In this document: piece after piece, positions 12,401-23,119 of the stretch
How positions within the stretch are numbered: the first letter of the stretch is position 1
Layout of the letters: the number at the start of each line of letters is the position of its first letter
Assembly: GCF_964355755.1 (NCBI RefSeq)
Contig: NC_092670.1
Coordinates: 13,440,795 to 13,504,794, forward strand
Direction of reading: 5' to 3'
DNA length: 64,000 nt
Source: Antedon mediterranea
Lineage: Eukaryota > Animalia > Echinodermata
Made by a program: the position numbers and the translations under genes
The notes under the pieces: model-generated
The model's input: only the letters and a program-made list of their open reading frames with translations
What the model was told of the DNA's origin: nothing
Databases searched by the model: none

Positions 12401-13398
12401 AGGATCCATTATTAGAGAAATATTCATCATATTCTTGTAAATTTCAGTGTAGTTTTCTTTTTTCTCAATACGTTTTGTACAAAAATGTGTTTCTCCTTGA
12501 GCTCTAAGTAAAAAAAAAAAGAAATAACACCGAGTGCGGATAACTAATTATAAATATGAAAAATAAAAAAAACAGAGAGATAAAGGTCAGCCTCAAAAGT
12601 TCCTTTTATGATCTTCATTAAAGAAGAGAATCACCCTTAGCACTCTGTAAAGAGATTCAAACAGACACCAGTTATCCTGCTCACTTTTTAATCAGAAGAT
12701 TAAGCTTTGTTGAAAGCAATTCCTGAAATGAAATCGGCAACAAATTGTTATATCGTTCTGTAATTAGTCACGTGTGTTTATTTGGAGGGAAAAAGTATGA
12801 TCGTTTTGCTCATTGGTAGCATGCCACATATAGGCCTATGAGAGTGTATTTTCCTGCAAATTAGAGGTGCCATTTATCATAAATTTTATGTGCGAGAGTA
12901 CCATTTCTTCCGGCCATCTGGGGCGTCATTTAACAAAGTTCGCTTCGCCACGGGTCCTGTCGACGGCCCTGGGAAAGCACCTTTTCCCGTCGACTTGCGC
13001 GAAACGCCCTGTTGTGACGCCTTTACTCAAAATAGGCATATAGGGAAAATGTCACCCTTTAATAGGCTAGTACATAATAATACATTTATAATAACGTGAG
13101 AGTGCCATTTCCGACCATCTAGATTTTTTTACATTTTCAAAATCGTCTCAACTCAGCCACAACCATGGTGGGCCTGAGTTGATGTGGACTCTCTAAAGTT
13201 GCGCACCCCCCCCCCCCACCCCTTTCACAGCTATTTTATCTTTCAGGAGGACAGAGTATGTAGGCCTAATATTTATGTCTATCTCGGTGATTAATAGCCT
13301 CTAGTTGAAAATAATAAAATTCTATACACTTACCTTATAATCGGAATCAAGCTGCAGACGATAACTGCCAAACACGCAATCAGCGTGTAATGCGCCAT
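322..13398 (-). CDS. Multi-exon gene (5' part, continues beyond window start): secreted EGF/NIM-repeat + VWD-C8-TIL protein, SCO-spondin/otogelin/hemolectin-like
   Basis: 14 exons with GT-AG boundaries and consistent phases: 13398-13334, 11515-11418, 10797-10699, 9996-9907, 9480-9385, 7962-7864, 7647-7555, 5570-5529, 4875-4665, 3148-3012, 2684-2419, 1295-1082, 861-736, 430-322. They total 1745 nt (about 581 aa), stay open throughout and end in phase 2. Confidence 0.88.
736..861 (-). CDS. Exon 13: TIL domain
   Basis: [42 protein letters not shown]; tttttag acceptor, gtaag donor. Not the frame shown in the ORF track. Confidence 0.92.
1082..1295 (-). CDS. Exon 12: C8 domain
   Basis: [36 protein letters not shown]...[28 protein letters not shown] matches the C8 pattern (F..CH..V....Y...C...C.C...C.C....Y...C...G....WR...C). 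Confidence 0.93.
1549..1832. repeat. Intronic tandem duplication, about 148-bp unit x2
   Basis: ataaagcagatgataaacatatgtcttgtagaagttgg...gaagcagtagaatattgtgcag...tctgattttgatc occurs at about 1550 and 1698. Confidence 0.9.
2419..2684 (-). CDS. Exon 11: VWD C-terminal half
   Basis: [39 protein letters not shown]...EFGNSMK; CGxCGNFD VWD signature; phase 1 to 0. Confidence 0.93.
3012..3148 (-). CDS. Exon 10: VWD middle
   Basis: [45 protein letters not shown]; poly-T acceptor, gtaat donor, phase 2 to 1. Confidence 0.88.
4476..4570. mobile_element. Degenerate short MITE family with TIR (CTC)TGTCTACACTAT
   Basis: tgtctacactata...tatagtgtagaca; related pieces at about 9745-9810, 15240-15355 and 23805-23950. 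Confidence 0.55.
4665..4875 (-). CDS. Exon 9: VWD N-terminus
   Basis: [29 protein letters not shown] resembles the VWD start C....G..H..TFDG..Y.F.G.C.Y. Confidence 0.92.
5529..5570 (-). CDS. Exon 8: 42-nt linker exon
   Basis: tatttcag acceptor, gtatg donor; [14 protein letters not shown]; phase 1-1, frame-preserving (skippable). Confidence 0.65.
6056..6576. mobile_element. Non-autonomous TTAA-target DNA transposon (Kolobok-like MITE)
   Basis: 16-bp perfect TIR AGATGTATTGTCCCTT flanked by TTAA on both sides; relatives at 59446-59720 and fragments near 5640-5840 and 14930-15150. Confidence 0.82.
6646..7288 (+). mobile_element. Solo LTR of an LTR retrotransposon (Gypsy-like) with internal 141-bp duplication
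   Basis: Termini TGTCATGG...CCACGACA (TG..CA inverted), 4-bp TSD ATAC (6642-6645 / 7289-7292), TA-rich TATA-like tract near 6843, AATAAA near 7002 and 7023; 7000-7140 repeated at 7141-7281. Confidence 0.8.
7555..7647 (-). CDS. Exon 7: EGF/NIM-like repeat 5
   Basis: [31 protein letters not shown], phase 1-1. Confidence 0.9.
7864..7962 (-). CDS. Exon 6: EGF/NIM-like repeat 4
   Basis: [32 protein letters not shown]; alternative in-frame acceptor would extend the exon to 7995. Confidence 0.88.
9385..9480 (-). CDS. Exon 5: EGF-like repeat 3
   Basis: [31 protein letters not shown], phase 1-1. Confidence 0.9.
9907..9996 (-). CDS. Exon 4: EGF-like repeat 2
   Basis: [29 protein letters not shown], phase 1-1. 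Confidence 0.9.
10164..10454. mobile_element. MITE-like element with 22-bp perfect inverted ends
   Basis: ATTATAATTGATGGCAAGGATC at 10164-10185 and its reverse complement at 10433-10454. Confidence 0.7.
10699..10797 (-). CDS. Exon 3: EGF/NIM-like repeat 1
   Basis: [33 protein letters not shown], phase 1-1. Confidence 0.9.
11418..11515 (-). CDS. Exon 2: C-terminal half of an EMI-like domain / CCxGW motif
   Basis: [32 protein letters not shown]; gtaac donor; acceptor position (tcttaaag) less certain. Confidence 0.8.
11857..12062. repeat. Imperfect tandem duplication, about 100 bp
   Basis: ctttgac(a/c)aaatc...aaacacctaaataaat...(g/a)tgggcac occurs twice. Confidence 0.7.
13334..13398 (-). CDS. 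Exon 1: signal peptide
   Basis: [21 protein letters not shown] followed by AG|gtaagt (perfect donor), phase 2. Confidence 0.8.
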
Positions 13399-13555
13399 AA
13401 TGGACGCTTTTCGTGCGTTACTTTGTCGAATAATCTACAAAATATCACAGGAATTTTTTTCCGAGTGAAATAATTCACTTAAAAATTACCTCTTGGTTGA
13501 TTAGAATCCCAGTATAAACACTAGGTTCATTAAACACTATCCAACCAGCGCATGG

Positions 13556-13656
13556 TTTTATATCAAATCATTCAAATCTAACAGACAGTTTATTGGTGGA
13601 AAGTATAGCGTTCTAGTTTGACGTTACTAGTTTTGGAACATTGTCGATCTGATTGG
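13556..13656 (-). promoter_or_regulatory. Putative Pol II promoter of the VWD gene (TATA + two CCAAT boxes)
   Basis: Minus-strand TATAAAA at 13562-13556, about 160 nt upstream of the ATG; CCAAT at 13596-13592 and 13656-13652. Confidence 0.55.
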
Positions 13657-16600
13657 TTGAACACTTTTGCTTATACTGCAAAATGTGTGTTTGCTAAAGA
13701 ACAGCTGTTGTTGATTGTTGGAAACCGAAACTTTTGTCAATATTAGTAAGTAAAATTTAGTACACTTTATTGACTGGTTTGCTTAGATTTTGGTATACAG
13801 ATGGACATGTGTATAGTTATCTATTTAGTTACATCAGCATGTATATCCTAAGGCACAATGTGTATTGATTATCAATACTGCCGTTTTGTGTCCGCAAAGA
13901 GAAGTTAAATTCATCAATACACTGAAGAAACTCATTTAAACACACCCTGGAATAAAACAAATCTATAGATATCCAGGTGTTACAATGTCTAAACTGCAGT
14001 GTAGAATATTGTTGAAAACGTTTAGCTATACATACGATCTGATAATATTTTATTGTCCATAGTAATATAAATGGAAATTCATTTTGAAATTGGCATGAAA
14101 TACAAAAAAAAAAAAACAGATATAGGCCTACTACTATACAACTATACAAATTCAGAAGATTACAACTAAATACACAAATATACATTAAAAGCTACCGTAG
14201 GTTATGTATAATACATACAGATTAAGAGCTTGTATCACAAGATTATTAAACTTTTAAAATTACAACACAAAAAGGAAGAATTGTACAATGATACGTTAAC
14301 ACAACAGTTTCCTATCTTTTTTGCAGTGAGTTTATTAAAATGTATGACGTTGGCTATAAAGGTGTAACGGGGTCGGTTCGTTCTTGTCTTAGGGACACAG
14401 AGACTACCACTTCGGGCGGGATCGAATAAACTGATCATTTTATTATAGTAAACATTTTTTTAACTTAATGCAAACGCCGAGTGGTGGACAAATATATATA
14501 TAACTACAGACTTGGGGTAAGTCCAATGTACAATCTCTCATTGGGGACACCTCTATTCAGGGGACACTCGGTTCGGTATTGAAGGTATCCATTTAATTAA
14601 TTCTACACATCCTACCTAAATTAACGATGCGCTATCTTTATGGAACTCAAGACAAATATCTACACTTTTAGATAAATTTAAGATAAATGTTATAAATTAG
14701 TAGTTATAGATAGTGTGTGTTAATTTCTAATAATTTTAAATATAAATTGACTGTTCTTTCCCCTGAAAAAAAGTAAGTTTAATATTATTACATTGCTCGG
14801 TTATTTCCTCTATTTTAACTCTATCAACTTTCCGCTCCCTTTCTTTGTTCATGGGTCTTGCGTTGCACAACGTTTTTTTTTTACAATATTATAATATATT
14901 ATTGATAATGTCGAAATGTTGAATTAAAGAGATGTATTGTCCCACAAAAAACATGAAAAATGAAGATTCATAAACCATACATTGAATCGGCATTTGTAGT
15001 TCTAATATAGGTATTCACATCTGTATACAAAAAAACTGAACTAAAAAAATAAGATTTCACAAAATAAACGGTTAAATTTAACAACAAAACAATATTTTTT
15101 TGCTTTAAATTACAGTTTTTCCAGGTAAATATGTTTGTTTTCGATCTCATTTTTAGTCAAAGTAAATATCTTTTATGTGACAGTAAAATGTCTCTAACTC
15201 TTTATACTAATTTGTTTTATATATTATATACATGTATTCTTACAAAAAGGGATGTGCCTATATATGGAAATGATGATGTCATATCAGAACAAGGTTCAGG
15301 CATATCACTACCATATTTGTGCGCATCAAACTACGTTTGATAGTGTAGGCAGAGGTTTACGCCTCTGGTCTTACGACATATGACGCTTTCCACTATTTTT
15401 TTATATTTTGCTCTGATATGGGCAAGATGAGGATAAAACAATCTTCTAAATCATATTTACCATGTAAATACCATCAATAGTATACGAGTGCATGTACCAC
15501 GTTCTCTTGTTCTCTTGCGTCAAGATTACTAACTGTTGTTCTATACCAATTCTACTTTTAACTTCTAATTTATTCTGCAGGTTGTACGCCGGAATTTTAG
15601 TAGTTTAAAATTACTTGAATTTTTGTATTTTTATTATTATTTTTATTTCAGGTAACAAACTGCTGAAAATTGATTAATTTGTAATTGATTGATATAGTAG
15701 GCCTATATAACTATTTTTTTAGACAAAATATAGGCCTAATATCTATAATATCTGTTTTTTATAAGAAAATATTTTGTTTTTAGGCCCCCTAATTATTGGA
15801 TTTTTTTTTTATTGAATAAACATCTTATCTTAATCGGTTGCGCTTTCACTGTGCCATCGACAGGCGAACAAAAGGCGGTTATTTTCGTTATAATTGTGCG
15901 AATCTGCGAGTAGGCCTATATTTTTTCTAAATATACATTACACAACCGTCGAATAAGGCATACAAATCATTTGGGCCTATACCAGAAGAATATACTTTTG
16001 ATTTCACAATTCGTATAACAGATGGGAAAAGTACAATATTGATTTTGACTCTAGGTTGTGTGGGTACACTGACGTCTAACCAATACTGATGTTTGACATT
16101 CTGTAGCGGATGTCAGCTAATAATGATATTCAATCCGAATATTAAAAACAGACTTTCCACAGCCATGATCAATAGATCGATATCAACATAATTGTTGAAG
16201 ATAAGAGGATCAATATCTGCACCTGTTAAGAATGACTCCTGACATATCAAAACGCAATTTCTAGAAGAAATTCTGACGGATGTAAAGTTAGCTTAAGGCC
16301 TATTTATTATCTATATATAAATTTACGTAAGAGCAAAATTCGGTAAATCGCGCCTTACTTCTAGAATTTTTACTCGATGGTATATAAAGTTGGTTCGTAC
16401 TTTCGGTACTGATTTTAACCACCTGATGTAACCCTGTTTAATAATTAAATTAAGTTAGATAATTAGTTATTGACGATTAAAATGAATTTAGGTTCAACGA
16501 TTTGCCCCAAATAGGGGTGTTTTCCGATCGTGGTATACACTGTCTAATGGATGTCCATCTTGAAAAATACCCGCCACAAAAATGCGAGGAGGGTTCGCAT

Positions 16601-17601
16601 TTTCATATCTCCTCCTACGATAATTGTTTTTAATAGCTGAAAATTGGTTGAACAGCTAGAGTACAGCATCATAATGTTGAAGACAGGCCGATTTTCTTTA
16701 AAAAATACTATTTTTATAGATTTAATATACGATTATACAAATGTATTGATTTGCGATGAATGGAACATCCCAATCTCTCGGTCTGCCAGAGTTTGGTTTA
16801 ACACAAGTAGGTAGATTTATGAGCCCTTGGTTTAACACATACGGTAGGTAAATATATGGGCCCTTTGAGAATAAACTTGAGCAATACTGTAAATACTGTA
16901 CCTATTAACTATTTTTGGTCCTCATTTGAATCGAACATTTCTTACTGTGAATGTTCGTACTGTTGGATGTAATATAAAAATATATACAAATAAACGTTAT
17001 TACTGAGATTGTGGATAGGCTCTACTGTTAGATATATAAACACATTATTATATACACATAAACTTTATACTGACAGTTCCTTCTCAACGTTTGTATTAAT
17101 TAATAATTACCAACAATATAAACGTCGTAGTGGTGTATCGTGACATGTACTTTAATATTTCAATCGATTATGACAGTGACAGTTTTAACAAAGTATTACA
17201 TCGCACATGTTTTACTGTATTTAGAGGTATATTATTTATAGGTGTATAAAACATGAAAAAAATCTTTCGTTACTGAGTGGATAAAGAATATATTTAAAAA
17301 TTGTTCCTCTTTGTACCTATCCGCTTTCCCATCCCTCAACCCTATGTTACATACAAAACACAAATTGGGTTTCTTTAAATAAGTCCAAATCAAAAATTTT
17401 GACTCATTTTGTGATAAGTTTCTCCTTCGGAAGTAATTCCCAGGGTGCTAATTTTAGTTGACTACATAAATCATCGTGTCTATTTATTCGTTTCTGTATA
17501 CGACAATTATAGTATTATAGTCCTGCGGAACGTACATTTGAAATCGCCAGTTTTGTTACCCTGAAATTACTGTGTATTGGAGAACCATATGTGGGCACGA
17601 C

Positions 17602-17638
17602 CTAGATGGTACGCGAGCGAAGCGAGCGTACCATTTAG
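17602..17638 (+). mobile_element. Probable Helitron-type terminal hairpin
   Basis: CTAGATGGTACGC-GAGCGAAGCGA-GCGTACCATTTAG|T; GCGAAGC-loop hairpin ending in a CTAG-like tetramer. Confidence 0.45.
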
Positions 17639-18999
17639 TCTATTTTAATTCTTTTAACAAAATAACGCATTTGCAGTTATTTGTACAGGATGAATTCTAT
17701 CGAGTGCGCCCGACGAGCCGAATTGCGGAACTACGGTGTAATCTGGTGTACGGTACAACTGAGAATTCTCTCACAAAAAAATAATCCGCATGCGCATTTA
17801 TATTTACAGAACATAAATTCCGGGTGCATCAAGATTAACCGGACGCGGAACCAAAAAAATTTCGACATCTTTACCAAGTCATGCGTGTAACGAAGGCAAC
17901 TTGATTTAACACAATCACAGTGGAAAGAATGTATATAACAATGTTGATTAAATCTTACTAATATCTGTATCGATAAACAACAGGTGTTATTTATTTAATT
18001 GTATTCACAAAGTTCATAAACATGTTTGTTTACTTTTAGTTAATTGATACAATATTGGTTGACTCTACTAGCGATCTATAATGGGAAACTTGGCTAAATT
18101 ATATCAAAAACGAAACTTTCTCTTTTCAATTGACTTACAATGCGTAGATTTGTGGTTGGTGGAACATAATAGGTCAGTTGTCTGGTTCGCTGAACTTACA
18201 ATTATTATCAATTCTACCTATTGTTACTGTGTGACTTTCAGCAAGCTTAGTCTTCTTATATTGTAATTGACCACATCTCGTACTCGGCATAGAGCGGTAA
18301 GCGTAAGAATACGATAAAATATGTAAGTCCTTCGTGCGCATCCAAGTGTGCGCCAATATTGATTTGTACGGTCGCGCGTAAACATTCTACCTCTTTGTTA
18401 TGTCATTAACAAAATAAAGCATCTTCTCTTTTTGGTAGGGGATTTACTTCATTCTTAATCAAGTTATTATTACAGTTATTATGAATTTAGGTGAGAAATA
18501 AATGTTTGTTTATTGGACGTTGACTTGACTTTTACTCATAGGAACAACGTAATATACGTAATGAACAAATAAACAAAACACAAATTTTAAACAAACAATG
18601 TAATACAGTAATACACAATGTCGTGTGAATGTGCAATACCATGTTTGGAAGTGAATGGCGTATGCTCATCCGGAGACAATGCATACATAAATAGTTTCTA
18701 TTAATCCGAAGCACTATCATTATTTTTTATTATTATTTTTAGTTGTTTATATAAAATTATTTTCGTTGACACTTCGAAAGATAATTCCCATACTATATTG
18801 TTTGTCGAATAACACACACCTGTGAAAACACGGTGTAGTTTGGCACGCATTTAGGTATAGAACAAAGAAAGTATTCTTTTTTTTGGGAAAAGGGACAATT
18901 CAAGTCAGATGTTTTCCCCAAACCATGACATATGAAGATCAATTAAATATGACTTTTTATAGGTAATGTTTCAGTGTTAATAATAATTAATCTGTGAGG

Positions 19000-19183
19000 G
19001 CGTGTATAGAGTAATGTGTTGGATTACTGATCAAGACGTAATTGCGCTGATTACTAGCTATACATTATAGGAGTATGTGTCGGTGCGTGTTTGATCCACA
19101 CAATAAAAAAAAATTACCTGGGAAATAATATGAAGCGCTTAGAAGCATTGTGCAATAGGCGCTATATAAGAATGAATATTATT
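19000..19183 (+). mobile_element. 3' fragment of a SINE with an L2-type tail
   Basis: aagcgcttagaagc...ggcgctatataagaatgaatattatta; similar tails at about 1460-1520 (-), 47135-47197 (-) and 32545-32610 (+). Confidence 0.55.
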
Positions 19184-19925
19184 AGGCCTATTAGTATTAA
19201 TTAATTCCGTAGAAAAAAAACACCTAACCAAATTAACTATGTACCGTATTGCTTTAAATTATAGTTTTTTTAAGGTTTACACTATCTCGATCCAACTTTT
19301 TGATTTGATTTTATTCGGTTTCAACATAAGATTACAAGACAAAATGAATACAAACATTTACAAGCAAATACATTAAATAAGAAACCAAGGGATAAAAAAA
19401 AATCAACTTCACTCCAATAGGGTTAAAGTGAACAACTATTTTGTAACATTGAAAAGGCATATTCAACTTAAAAAATAAAAATTCAGGACAATATATCTTG
19501 AAAGTTCACTTGACATCAAATTAAAATACCTTGCATGTAGGCTAATACAACAGATAAAGCGGGCCTAAATTGAACCATAGCTGAAAAGCATTGCCACAAA
19601 GCATGACAATGGTTTGAACTGCGGTAAATTTGTGACGGATTGGATTCAATCAGGCATGATGATAATTTCTTAAACGTTATATGGTGGTTGAACTTTCCCA
19701 GGGTGTTTTAAAATGACGAAATAAAAGCTTAGACTGTAAGAAAACATATGACTAATGAATGTATAAATAATTACTTATTAGTAAGAAAGTAAACACCATT
19801 CTTATATAAATCGCAACAAGACTACAGTATACTCTTATCAGTATTTGAAGAAAGTTGTCAAGGCCTTTTACAAGAGTTTTTTTTTTGTTTGCATTTTCGG
19901 TATTTAAATTGAGATTGGTATCAAA

Positions 19926-21365
19926 ATGGAAATTACAACGTTCTGTAGTTATGTATGCCTATGCATATTATTACTGATGATGAGGCGCTGTTCTTCCGTC
20001 GTATACACAGAAACAGAGTGTATTACAGATAAAGGAACTATTAACTGCTTGGAGTTTAGGGCACCGGGATTTCACCACGAGATCAGATGTTTGAACAAAG
20101 ATCTTCACGAAATTCCAAGATGTAACCCAAATGTAGAATCTTTGAATTTAAGAAAGAATCACATCGAGGATTTGTCAAAAGGTTTAGACCACTACCTCTC
20201 TCTTAAGGTGTTGAATCTGGAAAATAATCGAATAAAGAGTGTAGCGATAGAATGGAACCATATGTCTTCATTGAAAGAACTGGTGTTGCCTCATAACCGT
20301 ATTTCTAGTCTTGAAGACAATGCTTTTAAAGGACTAAGTGCCATTCAAGAGATTAACCTGTCTTCAAACCGATTGATGTCGATTGGTAACTCTACCTTTC
20401 AAGACACGGTTACTTTGAGCAAGTTATACCTTGGAAATAACTCTTTATCTTCTATACCATGGAGAACATTCTACAACACAGAATTGTCAGTTTTAGATTT
20501 GTCAAGGAACAAACTGGAGCATATTTCTCCCCAGTTATTCCATTATTGTCCACATCTTATGACGTTGAACCTGAGATATAATTGGTTGACCGAATTTCCA
20601 GCAGTTTTTGTGAAAGTCTTTCCTTTTGAGTTGTTCGATCTTTCTGACAATGTCTTTGAATGTAATTGCAACGAAAACACATTTGAGTTATCAGATAGTT
20701 TCAGTATGCATAGTTGCGAAAAGTGGAAAGATCCTACTTGTCGGAACGGTAAGCATTTTAGAACATTAAGAACACAATGCAGTGAAAAATATACTTATGC
20801 TAAAGATGACGCTGAAGATAAAGCCGAGTTTACACACACACAAGATGGTTACCATTCACATGATAACGATCCCTTAAAAATAGTAATGATTTTGTTCATG
20901 GGCTTTATCATCATTCTGTTTGTTACACAAGTTATCTGTTCAAAATTGAAACACAATAGAAGAAACGTTCACGCGCAATGTGAACATTGCGTTTATCCAA
21001 TTACCGAGAGCGACGTAACACAAAGCAACGATGATTGCCGACGCGTTAACATAAGTGAGGTTGACGCAATCCATTACAAATGCGTTCAGAAGTTCCTTAA
21101 CTTAAATCCGTTCAATTGTAATAAAGGATATCAACACACGTGTAGCACATATAGCGAAACCCCATCAACGGTAACCCCAGGAAATCAACATTCATTGTCT
21201 TCTTTGGTAAATGAAACCCACTTGTCTACAGAAAATCAGCAAATAACTTTGCCTGACAAAACTCTAACCAACTGCCCACATCACCGGTATTTTGAATATA
21301 CTTCAACGGATAGTTTTGAGCAGTTAGAGTGCTTAACATGTAGCGCTAAAACAAGCATAGTTTAG
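19926..21365 (+). CDS. Single-exon leucine-rich-repeat type I transmembrane protein (479 aa), no TIR domain
   Basis: CAAAATGG start context; signal peptide; Cys LRRNT cap; 7 LxxLxLxxNxI repeats plus DLSDNVFECNC LRRCT; TM IVMILFMGFIIILFVTQVIC; about 140-aa tail; AATAAA at about 21476 and 21612. Confidence 0.93.
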   Translation: MEITTFCSYVCLCILLLMMRRCSSVVYTETECITDKGTINCLEFRAPGFHHEIRCLNKDLHEIPRCNPNVESLNLRKNHIEDLSKGLDHYLSLKVLNLENNRIKSVAIEWNHMSSLKELVLPHNRISSLEDNAFKGLSAIQEINLSSNRLMSIGNSTFQDTVTLSKLYLGNNSLSSIPWRTFYNTELSVLDLSRNKLEHISPQLFHYCPHLMTLNLRYNWLTEFPAVFVKVFPFELFDLSDNVFECNCNENTFELSDSFSMHSCEKWKDPTCRNGKHFRTLRTQCSEKYTYAKDDAEDKAEFTHTQDGYHSHDNDPLKIVMILFMGFIIILFVTQVICSKLKHNRRNVHAQCEHCVYPITESDVTQSNDDCRRVNISEVDAIHYKCVQKFLNLNPFNCNKGYQHTCSTYSETPSTVTPGNQHSLSSLVNETHLSTENQQITLPDKTLTNCPHHRYFEYTSTDSFEQLECLTCSAKTSIV

Positions 21366-23119
21366 CTTCAGTGGTCCTAACACCTGAAACAAAAATAGTC
21401 CAACAGGAGTGTAGCGAAACTGTCACCTTGATGATAGTGTGCTTAACCAGCCCCTCCTGTCAACTTATACAATACAATAAAACCGTGATTAAAAAATATA
21501 GATAAGAAAAACATGCTATTTATAAAATATCAGAAACTATTTTAAAATTTAAAATTAATTTAAAACACACAATTACAATAACTGTCCATAACATAGGCAA
21601 ACTTGAAAATCAATAAAGTTTTGCTTTAAACTGTGCTTAAACTTAAAAATTGAATCTCCAGTGATATTGTTAAGTTATTGATACAGTATCACAGGAACAT
21701 TTCGTAATACAGAATAATGTAATAATGACGAGGTGATTTTGTCACGTAATGTTAGGTTAAGGGTTACTGTAGGTTATAGTATAATATGAAAATAACACCT
21801 GCATCACATGCGATGCCTTATATTATGGAATGTTCTAATGATATTGGGACTTCTAGACAGTACAGGGAATCGAGTGGTCCTGAAATGAAAGTGTTCTTAA
21901 CAATTACTTTAGGATGATAACACAGAATATACACTGTTTGACAAAGGCATGTTTTAACCATTACTTGTAAAATTAATATTCGCCTGCATTTAAAAAAAAA
22001 TACTGTATAATTATACTGTTAACATTAAAGCTTGTTTCCTAAGACCAACGACAGCAATCACAAACGATTGTTCGAATAATCCATCGATCGTAATTGGTTA
22101 AATCAGGTACGTTAAGCTATCATCCTTGCATTGCGTATCTAGTGGGAACCAAGCTTTAGTGCTGAATTTAACCTAATTATGTCCTATTTTGTTGCACTGT
22201 AAATTTCGAAATGCAGGGCCGGCTATGGTTCGTATACTTGATTGTAATAAATATTGGTGTAAAAGAAATCATAGGTTTCACAACAAATAAAACAGACAAT
22301 ATGTTTTTAAAATACAAATATTGTATATAATTTATTATAGTAAAACTCCCAATGACCCGTCGTTAGTATTTCAATCACAGCAAAACACAATCAATTATCA
22401 GCAGAACATATCGTAGGCCTAAACTCAAATTTCAAACTTTTTAAGGTTGCGTTTTCGAAGCGCAAACCTTACCAACATGCACTCCGCCAGAATGAATTCG
22501 GATCAATATATAAAAACCCTAATACGCATGCGATGCAAATATGGTGTGTAAAGTGTAAGTCACTCGACGTGCGTTTCCTAATACAGTACAGTATTCGAAA
22601 AGTATAATTACGACACGCCACGTGTGCCAAAATGTTTCTTTTAGCGAATATTAACACGAATCGCCGTCTTAACACTATATTGCAGTAGTCGTAAACTATT
22701 GCATACGTTATGCGATGCAGCATGATTGGTAGATTTGCGTTTCGAAAACTCCTATTACACAATAATATAAATTGTTCATTGAAAACAAACTTAAAATAGT
22801 AACTAGAATTTAATTCGACGAATTATAGGTGATCATTTTTATCATTTTACTGGTATATATTTCTACAGTAAATGTAAGCACCATTAAACCACTCAACTGT
22901 AACAAAATGTCCAAATAAAAGGTTTCAGCATGAGCAATGGAATGTAAAAAAAAAATTAAATAACTTTTATATAATAGAAAAAAAAAACACGATAGCATGT
23001 CATATCTTATTTTTGGTTACATAATAAACGTGTAGTCATTGCACACTGGTGTGTTGAAATGATTTTAGCCTCTTTGTCATTGGAATAGTTTAAAAGCAAT
23101 AGAAGGAGGGATGAAAACA

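Noticed and set aside
12885-13125. GC-rich stretch as the missing EMI exon
   Set aside because: The required phase-2 frames hit stops and have no EMI cysteine pattern; it is bounded by a short direct repeat (gagagt.ccattt...ccatct), so it is more likely a repeat fragment.
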